Shown here one piece after another: positions 37,881 to 59,400 of a stretch of 64,000 bases of DNA. Positions within the stretch are counted from its first letter, which is position 1, and each line of letters begins with the position of its first letter. Below the pieces are notes generated by a model. That model saw only the letters and a program-made list of their open reading frames with translations. It was not told where the DNA came from and did not search any database. Made by a program: the position numbers and the translations under genes. The DNA comes from Cetorhinus maximus. Lineage: Eukaryota. The stretch lies in contig NC_135898.1 of assembly GCF_964194155.1 (NCBI RefSeq), positions 13,516,001 through 13,580,000 of the forward strand, read 5' to 3'.

Positions 37881-38310
37881 ATCGGATAGGTTGGAGTTAT
37901 TTTCCTTAGTACAAAGAAGACTGAGAGGTGACTTGGTTGAGGTGTACAAAATTATGAGGGGAATAGATGGAGTGGACAGGATAAAATTGTTTCCCTTGGT
38001 GGAGAACCAGGAGACATAGATTCAAGATAAATGGCAGAAGGTGTAGGGGGGACATGAGGAAGAACTTTCTTACGCAGAGGGTAGTGAGTGTCTGGAATTC
38101 ACTGCCCAAGTCGGTGGTAGAGGCAGAAACTCTAAACTCTTTTAAAAAGTACCTGGATCTTCACCTTAAGTGCTGTAAGCTGCAGGGCTATGGGCCGGGT
38201 GCAGGAAGGTGGGATTAGAAAGGGCACCTGGGTGTCCTCGGGCTGGCATGGACAAGATGGGCCGAATGGCCTCCTTCTGTGCTGTAACTTTTCTATGGTT
38301 CTATGGTTCA
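37881..38310 (+). mobile_element. 5'-truncated CR1 LINE with intact tail
   Basis: RRLRGDLVEVYKIMRGIDGVDR peptide; ends GGGCCGAATGGCCTCCTTCTG..TTCTATGGTTCTATGGTTC. Confidence 0.8.
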
Positions 38311-38319
38311 TTTTTTTTT

Positions 38320-39723
38320 TGTAAAAATATACTTTATTCATAAAATATCTTCAATCACATTCAAAACCATTTCAAAAACAACATTACAAGGGTACAATCC
38401 AGGTTAAACTTTTACAAAATGTATCACCAGGTGCATCAGTACAAACAATATTACAATCATTTACAGCCTTTCATTTTGATCTGTACAGCCCGAGGGGCTC
38501 TAAACAGTTCCCAGTCTCTCGGTGCGCTGTGGTAGAAAGGTCTTAGACAGCTACCCTTCCCCATTGCGCCTTTGAAGCAGCTGCCCCAAGCTTTAGTGCG
38601 TCCCTCAGCACGTAGTCCTGGACTTTGGATTGTGCCAGTCCGCAACAATCGGTCGGGGACAACTCTTTGTGCTGGAAGACCAACAAGTTTCGGGCAGACC
38701 AAAGCGCGTCTTTCACCGAGTTGATGATCCTCCAGCTGCAGTCGATGTTTGTCTCGGTGTGTGTCCCTGGGAACAGCCCGTAGAGCACAGAGTCCTGTGT
38801 CACAGAACTGCTCGGGATGAACCTCGACAGCAACCACTGCATCTCTCTCCAGACTTTCTTTGCAAAGGCACAATCCACAAGGAGGTGAACAACGGTCTCT
38901 TCCCCACCACAGCCACCTCGAGGGCAACGTGCAGAGGGGGTGAGCCTCCTGGCGTGTAGGAAGGATCTGACGGGGAGGGCCTTTCTCACCACCAGCCAAG
39001 CTACGTCTTGGTGCTTGTTGGAAAGTTCTGGCGATGAGGCATTCTGCCAAATGACTTTGACAGTCTGCTCGGGGAACCATCCCACAGGGTCCACCCTCTC
39101 CTTTTCCCTCAGGGCCTCTAGGACATTACGTGCTGACCACTGCCTGATGGACTTGTGGTCAAAGGTGTTTTTCTGCATCAATTTTTCCAACAGGGACAGG
39201 TGGTACGGCACGGTCCAACTACTTGGAGCGTTCCGCGGCAGCGTGGCCAGACCCATCCTTCGCAACACCGGGGACAGGTAGAACCTCAGCACGTAGTGAC
39301 ACTTGGTGTTTGCGTACTGAGGGTCTACGCACCGCTTGATGCAGCCACACACAAAGGTGGCCATCAGTATGAGGGCGATGTTGGGCACGTTTTTTCCCCC
39401 TTTATCTAGAGGCTTGTACATCGCGTCCCTGCGGACACGATCCATTTTCGACCTCCAGATAAAGCGGAAGATGGCTCGAGTGATCGCCATCGCGCAGGAG
39501 TGTGGAATGGGCCAGACCTGCGCCACGTACAGCAACAGCGAGAGTACCTCACACCTGATGACCAGGTTCTTACCCGCAATGGAGAGGGAGCGTCGCTCCC
39601 ACATGCCCAGTTTCCTTTTCACCATAGCCACTCGCTCCTTCCAGTTTCTAACGCATGCCCCGGTCCCTCCGAACCATATCCCCAGCACCTTCAGGCCGTC
39701 AGCCCTGACAGTGAAGGGGACAT
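38320..39723 (-). mobile_element. Tx1-like (L1-group) non-LTR retrotransposon, 5'-truncated, with an uninterrupted ORF2 C-terminus
   Basis: Open frame 38543-39727: KVLGIWFG..WERRSLSIAGKNLVI..KGGKNVPNI..CPRGGCGGEETVVHLLVDC (CCHC zf-RVT). 3' UTR with AATAAA and an A tail at ~38310-38340. Confidence 0.88.
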
Positions 39724-40570
39724 TCATTTCAATGTTGACATTACATAAAGTGCAAACAGATTAATTTCCTTCAATACAGTATGTGGCACTCTGAGGTGCC
39801 TCCCTACACTTTACAATTACAAGTTCAATTTCATATCAAGCATACAGCCTGAGCGGTTTTTAGTTTCCAGCCCCTCGGTGTACTACGGCAGAAGTGCCTG
39901 AGACAGTGAGTGGCCTTTCCCCACTGAGCCTTTGTGGCAGCTGCCCCGGCCCTTTGTGTGTCCCTCAGCGCACCATCTGGGACTTTGAAATGTGCACGTC
40001 TGTGGCACTCAGCTGTTGACAGCTCTTTGCTTGGATGACCAGAAAGTTTCGGGTAGACCAACGAGGCTCTTTCACTGAGCCAGTGATCCTCCAGCAGCAG
40101 TTGCATCCCAATTTCCTTCACCCTCAGCTGCCTAAACTCTGAAATTCCCTCCCAGTTTTCCACCTCTTTCTCAGTGCTCCTTTTGAAAAAGCTTTTGGTC
40201 ATGCGCCCTTATATCTCCTTATGTAGCTTAATATCAAATTTTTGTCTAATTATTGTCCTGGGGCATATTATTACATTAAAGGTGCTGCTGTATTCCAATG
40301 CCAGTTGCCTGGGTTGTGCAGGACAAGCAGCATGGACCCTTTAAAGCCAATGTGCGCTGTGGCGCACGCGCAGTATGGGCGGAATGCGACTCTCGCTTGA
40401 CTATTATTCTACGTCATCACGCACACGCATAAATATACATAATTAATTACTAAGGCTTTCGAAAATAAGATTTAGATTTTAAGAAGTCACCAAACCAAAA
40501 GAAACCGCAAGAGAACCAAGTGAACGCGTCCCTACCAGAGGACGCCAAGGAAATGGGGACATGTTTTGGT

Positions 40571-40588
40571 TCACCCTCACCTAAAAGG
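40571..40588 (+). promoter_or_regulatory. snRNA-type proximal sequence element (PSE) of U13
   Basis: TCACCCTCACCTAAAAGG fits the vertebrate PSE consensus at -61..-44 from the U13 start, with no TATA box. CpG-rich upstream block 40350-40430 has GGGCGG, GCGCACGCGCA and TACGTCA motifs. Confidence 0.75.
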
Positions 40589-40631
40589 AATTTGTTCAGG
40601 GTCATGTTCCGGGCGGCCATTAAATTCGTCG

Positions 40632-40729
40632 ATCCTTCTGGTTCAGTCAAATGATGAGTGGGTTATTCACGCCGATGTGTGATATGTGCCGTCCCTCTTG
40701 TTACGACAGGGCACATTACCCGTCTGATA
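40632..40729 (+). ncRNA. SNORD13: U13 box C/D snoRNA (guide for 18S rRNA cytidine acetylation)
   Basis: ATCCTTCTGGTTCA 5' end, box C ATGATGA (40651-40657), CTTGTTACGAC antisense to 18S GTCGTAACAAG, and 3' GGGCACATTACCCGTCTGA with box D CTGA (40724-40727), as in human U13. Confidence 0.93.
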
Positions 40730-41400
40730 CTGAACTGGAGGCAATTCGTTCTTTGTGGTATCGTTTTTTCCTAGAAGCAAGGTTCCAGTATTTGGCAATT
40801 TAATTTTTGAATGTCAAGGTTTGGCCTGTCTTAGTATATGTCCTAGTAAGCTTCATTAGGTAAAATCAGATTTGAAATCAGAAAGCACTGAAAAACTCAG
40901 CAGCCCTTTGCAGCATCTGTTGAGGGAGAAACAAGAGTTAACATCTCAAGTTCAATATGACTTCTTTGGAACTCATGTTAGATCCTTATTCGAAATTTTA
41001 TGTGACTGCTCCAGTTAAGTCTCTCGAAGATTGTGGCATTGCTGTTGAATATCACAGAAAAATGGTTGGACTCTTCCCTTGTTGGAGGTGGTCATAGCCT
41101 GGCACTTGTGGTATGCACATGTTACTTGCTCCTTATCAGCCCAAGCCTGAACCTTGTTCAAAACTTGCTACACATGGGCACAGGCTGTTCCATTTTCTCT
41201 TTGGAAAGCCACTATGGAATCTGCCTGCACCATGGTCTCAGGCAGTGCATTCCAAATCTTAACCAGATGCTGTGTAAATAAAAGGTTTTCCTCATGTCAC
41301 CACCGCTTCTTTTGCTAATCACCTTAAAATGTAGGTAGGGAGGAGCTATTCTCTTTGGTAAAGGAGTCGAGATCCAGAAGGCATAGATTTAAATGGTTAA

Positions 41401-43125
41401 ACCATAAGACCATAAGACATAGGAGCAGAAATTAGGCCCTTCGGCCCATTGAGTCTGCTCCGCCATTCAATCATGGCTGATAAGTTTCTCAACCCCACTC
41501 TCCCGCCTTCTCCCCATAACCTTTGATCCCCTTACCAATCAGTCTTAAATACACACAATGACCTGGCCTCCACAGCCTTCTGTGCCAATGAATTCCATAG
41601 ATTCACCACTCTCTGGCTAAAGAAGTTTCTCCTCATCTCTGTTCTAAAAGTTCTTCCCTTTACTCTGAGGCTGTGCCCTTGGGTCCTAGTCTCTCCTACT
41701 AATGGAAACATCTTCCCCACGTCCACTCTATCCAGGCCTTTCAGTATTCTGTAACTTTCAATCAGATCCCCCCTCATCCTTCTAAACTCCATCTAGTATA
41801 GACCCAGAGTCCTCAAACGTTCCTCATAAGTGAAGCCTTTCATTTCTGGGATCGTTCTCGTGAACCTCCTCTGGACCCTCTCCAGGGCCAGCACATCCTT
41901 CCTGAGATATGGGGCCCAAAATTGCTCACAATATTCTAAATGTGGTCTGACCAGAGCCTTATAAAGCCTCAGCAGCACATTCCTGCTTTTATATTCTGGT
42001 CCTCTCGAAATAAATGCCAACATTACATTTGCCTTCCGAACTACCAACTCAACCTGCAAGTTAACCTTAAGAGAATCCTGGACTAGGACTCCCAAGTCCC
42101 TTTGCACTCCAGATTTCTGAATTCGCTCCCCATTTAGAAAATAGTCTATGCCTCTATTCTTCCTACCAAAGTGCATGACCTCACACTTCCCCACGTTGTA
42201 TTCCATCTGCCACTTCTTTGCCCATTCTCCTAACCTGTCCAAATCCATCTGCAGCCTCCCCGCCTCCTCAATACTACCTGTCCCTCCACCTATCTTTGTA
42301 TCATCTGCAAACTTAGCCAGGATGCCCTCAGTTCCTTCATCTAGATCATTAATGTATAAAGTGAAAAGTTGCGGTCCCAACACTGACCCCTGCGGAACTC
42401 CACTAGTCACCGCCGCCATCCTGAGAAGGACCCCCTTATCCCCACTCTCTGCCTGCTGCCAGACTGCCAATCTTCTATCCATGCTAGTACCTTGCCTCTA
42501 ACACCATGGGCTCTTATCTTACTGAGCAGCCTCCTGTGCGGCACCTTGTCAAAGGCCTTCTGGAAGTCCAAGTAGATAACATCCATTGGCTCTCCTTTGT
42601 CTAACCTACTCGTTACCTCCTCAAAGAATTCTAACAGATTTGTCAGGCATGACCTCCCCTTGATGAAACCATGCTGACTTTGCCCTATTTTACCATGTGC
42701 TTCCAAGTATTCTGAAATCTCATCCTTAATAATGGACTCTAAAATCTTACCAATGACCGAGGTCAGGCTAATCGGCCTGTAATTTCCCGTCTTTTGCCTC
42801 ACTCCCTTCTTAAACAGGGGAACCCTGTTACATTAGCGATTTTCCAGTCCTCTGGGACCCTCCCTGACTTCAGTGATTCCTGAAAGATCACCACTAACGC
42901 CTCTGCTATCTCTTCAGCTATCTCCTTCAGAACTCTGGGGTGTAATCCATCTAGTCCAGGTGATTTATCCACCTTCAGACCTTTCAGTTTTCCTAGCACC
43001 TTCTTGGTAATGGCCACCATACTCACCTCTGCCTCCCGACTCTCTTGAACTTTGGTGATGTTACTCGTGTCTTCCACCGTGAAGACTGACGCAAAGTACC
43101 TATTCTGTTACTCCGCCATTTCTTT
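41401..43125 (-). mobile_element. Relatively young 5'-truncated CR1 LINE (RT domain, few disablements)
   Basis: NYRPISLTSVIGK, QHGFIKGRSCLTNL, YLDFQKAFDKVPH and [15 protein letters not shown] motifs; (CCATAAGA)n tail at 41402. It interrupts an older + strand CR1 piece. Confidence 0.92.
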
Positions 43126-43494
43126 GACAAAAGAAACAAGAAAAAAATTCATGCAGCGAGTGGCAAGGATCTGGAATGCACTCCCTGAGAGTGTGGTGGA
43201 GGAAGGTTCAACCGAGGCATTGACACTGTCCTGTACACTAATGCCTTGGTCATTCATATATGTAATAATGGCAGGGGTCCTAACACTGACCCCTGGAGAA
43301 CCCCATAATATATCTTCCTTCAGTCTGACAAACACCAATTCACACTACCCTCTGTTTTCTGTCCCTCTGCCAATTTTTTATCCATGTTGCTGATCTCCCT
43401 TTTATTCCAATAGGTGAGAGAAAAGGGAGTAGAAAGATGTGCTGAAAGTCGCTTGGTATTACAAAACTTGAATATTGCTGAAAAGAGAGAAATG

Positions 43495-43530
43495 TTGTCG
43501 AAGGTTTTCATCTTGTTCTCATCAGGACAA
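43495..43530 (-). ncRNA. Minimal type I hammerhead ribozyme-like motif (Penelope-type), degenerate stem II
   Basis: Minus strand TTGTC CTGATGA GAACAAGAT GAAA ACCT TC GACAA: 5-bp stem I, both catalytic boxes and a UUC triplet. Confidence 0.5.
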
Positions 43531-43734
43531 ATGCAGGAATGCAAAATTTCAAACAATCACAACAATTGATACCACAGGAGAAAAGGCTGGAAGCAATATG
43601 GTGAAAGGTTGAGAAAAGGCATAGAATAGCAGGAGACTCGCGTGGAGTCTAAGCACCAGTTCGGATATATAGCCAATATTCCCTGTATTGCATTAATTGC
43701 ATGTCACCTAGTTTGTGGCAGGAGAGGTTTTCTG

Positions 43735-43850
43735 ATGCAGTGGTAGCATCCTTACCTCTGAGCCAGAAGCTCTAGGTTCAAGTCCCACTTCAGGACTTGA
43801 TGGTCATGGAAGGTCTGCTCATAAGGTCGCCAAACAGGTTTATTATCAGC
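43735..43850 (+). mobile_element. tRNA-derived SINE head
   Basis: A-box-like CAGTGGTAGCA and B-box GGTTCAAGTCC; no complete cloverleaf. Confidence 0.55.
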
Positions 43851-44788
43851 CGGGAAATGAAATTGGCCAAGTGACAGGAAACAGAGAGTAGTGGTGGACT
43901 GAAGGAAGGTTCATAATGGGGTTCCTCCATAATGGGGTCGGTGTTAGGACTGCTGCTCTTCTTTATATATATATGAATGACCTAGATATTGGTGTACAAC
44001 AGGACACAATTTCAAAATTTGTGGACAACACGAAACCTGGAAAATATTGTGAACCACAAGGAGGATAGCACTAAGCTTCGAAAGGACATACTGTAGACAG
44101 GTTGGCAGAATAAGCAGACAAGTGGCAGATGAAATCCAATGCAGAGAAATATGAAGTGATTAATTTTTTTGCTAGGAAGAACAAGGAGAGACAATATAAA
44201 GGCACTGTTCTAAATGGGATGCAGGAGCGGAGGGACCTGGGGCTATATATATATATATATATGAATGATTGTAGTACAAACCTATCTGGTTCACTAATGT
44301 CCTTTAGGGAAGGAAATCTGCTGTCCTTACCTGGTCTGGCCTACATGTGACTCTAGACCCACAGCAATGTGGTTGACTCTTAAATGCCCACTGAACAAGG
44401 GCAATTGGGGATGGGCAATAAATGCTGGCCTAGCCAGCGACGCTCACATCCCATGAACGAATAAATAAAAAATACATGTGCACAAATCATGGTACCTGAA
44501 GGACGAGGTGATTTGTGACAACTGTTCAACCGTGCGCCACCGGGTGGCCACAAGGCTGTATCACACCATTGTGGGCGACAGCGGCATCGAGCGGTTAGGA
44601 TGGGGAACTGCAGCAGCCAGCGACCGCCCCCCCCCCCCCCCCCACTCACCCGCCGGTTGCCATGAGGAGGGAAGATGGCGGCCGCTGTGTGAAGCAACGT
44701 GTGTGTGAGGCTGAGGGTTTAAGCGGCGCCGACAGAGCGGGCAAAGGGAATCAAGAGGCTTTGGGCCGGCCAGCACAGGGAGCCAGCC

Positions 44789-54686
<9,898 letters not shown>

Positions 54687-54920
54687 CAGCTTTGATTAAA
54701 GTGTTTGCTTATACTGAAGGTGAGGAGTGGATGCTAACTCCATTGTAAAGACCTTGTAGAGGAGAGCAGCTTTCACAGTGGGCAAAACATTGTGTTGCAG
54801 CTGCCAGGCATCATGGCTTTGACTGAGGAAAGCTAGAACCATGTTGAATATTATTACATATAAATTGTGGGTTTATGTTTCCCCTGTTTATCTTAATTAG
54901 TGCCATTTTATAAAACTATG

Positions 54921-54926
54921 AATAAA
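54921..54926 (+). promoter_or_regulatory. Candidate MAK16 polyadenylation signal
   Basis: AATAAA 235 nt after the stop codon. Confidence 0.6.
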
Positions 54927-56428
54927 GGACGTGACTGAACTGTGCATACATAGTTTTAGAAAAGTCTTCCAGTAATTATCTGCTTGTGTCCCAGTCAAAA
55001 TCTCTCCATACTGAACTGCTATGCCACTGACTGTCAAGGCTGGTGTCAGCAGTTGCCTGAACTGAAACTGCAACTAGGTGGTACGGTCATCATGTGTGGC
55101 TCTCCTGCAGTTAAATGGATGAGCAAAATATTGAGAATTGCTTCAGGGTTGAACGTGCTTTTCAAATGGATCAGTAAGTAAATGCTGTTTCACACAGATG
55201 AGAATGTCTCGGGTTGATGCCATGCTGTGTCTATGCATAGTGGAGGAACTGGTGCTTGGCGAGGGACGGGGAGGTGGGTTGGGGTTTGGTGGTTAACTAC
55301 AGCAACACACGAGGGCGGCATTGGGCTCTGACATTTCCTCCCTCTGATATGACATTCTCACGGGGGGAGGTAGTGAAGGATGTCTGTTGGACTATACCCT
55401 AGCAAGAAACTACCACTCCCAAGGAGGTTCACTACAGCCACACTGGAAGTGGGAAACTTGTCTATTTTTAGCATTCAGTGCAATCATCAAGCTCTCCCAA
55501 GTCAGATGAGGTACAGTTAGAGTTGAAGCCCCTCTTCATGGCCTTGACATCAAGCCCCAATAGAAACCCCAGGGGCACCATCAATTCTCATCCTTTTGCT
55601 CAAATGTGTGACCTTGGCCCTCTGTAACCTCATACATCCCTCTGAGGTATCGGTACTGCTCCAATTCTGTACTCTTGTACATCCCTGATTATAGTTATTC
55701 CACCGTCTGCAGCCGAGCATCAGTTGCCTAGGGCCCAAATGCTGGAATTCCCTCTGAACTTCTCAGCTTCTCCTTTAAGATGCTTGTTAAAATCCATCTC
55801 TTTGAATAAGCTTCTGATTACCTGTCAGAATATCTCCTTAGGTGGTTGGTGTCAAATTTTGTTTGAAATGTTTTACTACGATTTATTAGATAGTGTCTTT
55901 CACTACTTGCCATTGTTGTAATGTAGGAAACACAGCAGCCAATTTTCACACAGCAAGCTCTAATGTGATTGTGTTTGAGTAATGCTTGCAAAGGGACCAG
56001 GGGCAATACCTGCTCTTCTTTGAAATAGTGTTATGGGATCTTTTCTGTGGACCTCTTAAAGCAAAGAGGCTCTCTATTTAACATCTGCTTGAAAGACAGC
56101 ACTCGCTCAGTACCTCATTGGGGTGACGGCCGAGACTAGTCTCGGAGTGGAATGATCCACCACCAACTCACTTAGGCTAGCGTGCTGGTACTGAACCAAG
56201 GGTGACACCAAACCAGTGTCCACACAATTGACCAAGGATGAATGAATATGTGAAATCTACTGTCACAACTGTTAGAGGATTAATCCCCATGCCTGGATCC
56301 AGCTTGCTAAGTTTATTCTGAATAGCTGGATTCGCTGAATATTTCCAATGACAATGGACTCGAAGACTGTGAAGTTCTGCTTGTGTTTATTCAGATTTTG
56401 TACAGTTAACAGTTCTCTCAGTGACTTG

Positions 56429-59400
56429 TTATACATCTTGCTGCACCCTCTGCAGACAGTCCAGTACTGTAGCATTCTCACAGCTCTGACGCACTCCTTC
56501 CAGGAGAACCTAAAGAGCAAAAAAAAAGACAATAAAGTCCATCTGCCTTTCTGCAGTGATGCTGTGTATTTCAGAACAGGTATTTGTTAGATAGTGGAGC
56601 TCAGTGCCATTTCACAGCACTATTCTCAGAAGCGGGAGGACATGGGAACCCAGCTTCCTTAAAAACCCAAAACAAAAATAAAAATACCTAGAAAAACTCA
56701 GCAGGTCTGACAGCATCTGCAGATAATACAGGTAACGTTTTGAGTCCATATGACTCTTCAACAGAACTAAGGAAAAATAGAAAAGGGGTGAAATACAAGC
56801 TGGTTTAAGGGGGGGGTGGAACAGGTAGAGCTGGATAGAGGGCCAGTGATAGGTGGAGATCGCCAAAAGATGCCATAGACAAAAGGACAAAGAGGTGTTG
56901 ACGATAGTGATATTAGCTAAGGAATGTGCTAATAGGTGACATTAAGGGTAGAAAGCAGGATGAGCAAGGTACAGATAGCCCTAGTGGGGGTGGGGTGGGG
57001 GAGAAGGGATCGAAATAGGATAAAAGGTAGAGATAAAACAATGGATGTAAATACATTTTAAAATAATGGAAATAGGTGGGAAAAGAAAAATCTATATAAA
57101 TAATTGGAAAAAAGGGGGATCGTTAAGGGGGTGGGGATGGAGGAGAGAGTTCATGATCTAAGGTTGTTGAACTCAATATTCAGTCCGGAAGGCTGTAAAG
57201 TGCCTAGCTGGAAAATGAGGTGCTGTTCCTCCAGTTTGTGTTGAGCTTCACTGGAACAATGCAGCAGGCCAAGGATGGACACGTGGGCATGGGAGCAGGG
57301 TGGAGTGTTAAAATGGCAAGCGACAGGGAGGTCTGGGTAATGCTTGCAGACGACCGAAGGTGTTCCGCAAAACGGTCGCTCAGACTGCGTTTGGTCTCTC
57401 CAATGTGGAGGAAACCGCATTAGGAGCAGCGAATGCAGTAGACTAAATTGAGGGAAGTGCAAGTGAAATGCTGCTTCACTTTAGGGCCCTTGGACGGTGA
57501 GGAGGGGGTAAGTAAAGGGGCAGGTGTTGCACCTTCTGCGGTTGCATGGGAAGATGCCGTGGGAGGGGGTTGAGGTGTAGGGGGTGATGGAGGAGTGGAC
57601 CAAGGTGTCCCGGAGGGAACGATCCCTGCGGAATGCCGCCAGGGGGGGTGAAGGGAAGATGATGTGTTTGGTGGTGGCATCATGATGGAGTTGGTGGAAA
57701 TGGTGGAGGATGATCCTTTGAATGCAGAGTCTGGTGGGGTGATAAGTGAGGACAAGGGGGATCCTATCATGGTGCTGGTAAGGAGAAGAAGGTGTCAGGG
57801 CAGATGCGCAGGAGATGGGCCAGACACGGTTGAGGGCCCTGTCAACCACCGTGGGTGGAAAACCTCGGTTAAGGAAGAAGGAAGACATGTCAGAGGAACT
57901 GTTTTTGAAAGTGGCATCATCAGAACAGATGCGACGGAGGCGAAGGAACTGAGAGAATGGGATGGAGTCCTTACAGGAAGCGGGGTGTGAGGAGCTGTAG
58001 GAGTTGGTAGGCTTGTAATGAATACCCCTCTTCTATTTTTCCTTAGTTCTGTTGAAGAGTCATACGGACTCGAAACATTAACTGTGTTCCTCTCCGCAGA
58101 TGCTGTCAGACCTGCTGAGTTTTTCCAGGTATTTTTATTTTGGATTTCCAGCATCCACAGTATTTTGCTTTTATCCTTAAAAACCCACTCTCCAATGGGT
58201 TTCTGAGGCTCGCTCTGACAACATTAGCAGAGGCTCCATTGCTAAAGCAAACTGATTTTTGCAAGCAGCTGCCACAGAGACAGTCAGCAAACTGGAACCC
58301 TTGTCTGTGAAATAAATGCAGTTATCTCAATATTTAAAATTATTTGCTATGTAGACAGTGTAAATGGTTCATCTTCTAATAAAATTTATACATCTTGAAA
58401 GAATTGACTGATGAACAGCGGTTCTGTCAGAGTGCTGTGATTGAATATGAAATGGTTTGCCCAGGAATGCGGTGTTGCAGGGAGTGATAGTTAATCTGTG
58501 TTTTGGTTGTATTGGGTGAGTGGGGAATACTAGACGGGACCGTTCCCCCCACCCCACCCCCCCAACCACACACTATCTTACTGTCACTTTGCGTTCACAG
58601 CAGCGATTGAGCAGAATCAGGCAGTGGGTTGCATCCCGTAACAGCTCCTCCTTAACCCGTGGTGGTGTTGGGCTCCGGTCAGTTGCCATATCATATATGA
58701 ATTTGAGTAAGGACTTGAGCAAAACCTCCAGCCTCATGGACATTCTGGTCAACAAAAAAAAAGTGAAAAGTTTGTTGATATTTAACAGTCCCAGCAATGT
58801 GTCCTAATCTCAGATTCATCTCAGTTTCTTTGGTACCTGGGCCAAGCCTGTTGGATCATACTCTGGAATGCCTGAAGGACACAGAGCCTGGCTGCTTCCT
58901 CGGGTCCATCGTACACCTCCAGGTATCCAAGAATCACCCTTTGCAACCGCTTCAAGTGGCGAACAACCAGAATTCCAAGCCTAGCAACAGAAACAAACAA
59001 GGTTGAGTGATCCATACCTTGTTGGTGACCTGTGTGTTGGAGGAAGAGAGAGACATTTCTATGGTGTTCTGGTGTGAGTCAGATAGAGGGGCCTGCATTC
59101 CATGTGTACTACTTGTCCCTGTTTTCCTCACCCTCTCCTGAAATACTGACTCGCCTGCTGGGGCATAGTTCAATCAATGTGGTCATGCATGGTACGTGCC
59201 CACTGTTGAAGGATGAACAGAATGAAAGAGTAGGCTGTTCAATCACAAGAGAGTATTAAGAGTTCAGCCCACATCCTGTCCTCATCCAGCGTCCGCGAAC
59301 ACACTGCAGCAGGGTCACTCAGTAACAAGTGGGAGCTCTGTCTGATTTCTACCGCCACTGCCTTAGCCTGAGAGCACCAAAACTTGATTAGAGCATGCCT

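Noticed and set aside
38543-39727. 394-aa cellular gene
   Set aside because: It is the C-terminal part of a Tx1-like ORF2, and the apparent start lies at the truncation junction.
43735-43800. tRNA gene
   Set aside because: A/B boxes are present but there is no convincing acceptor stem or full cloverleaf; it is a SINE head.
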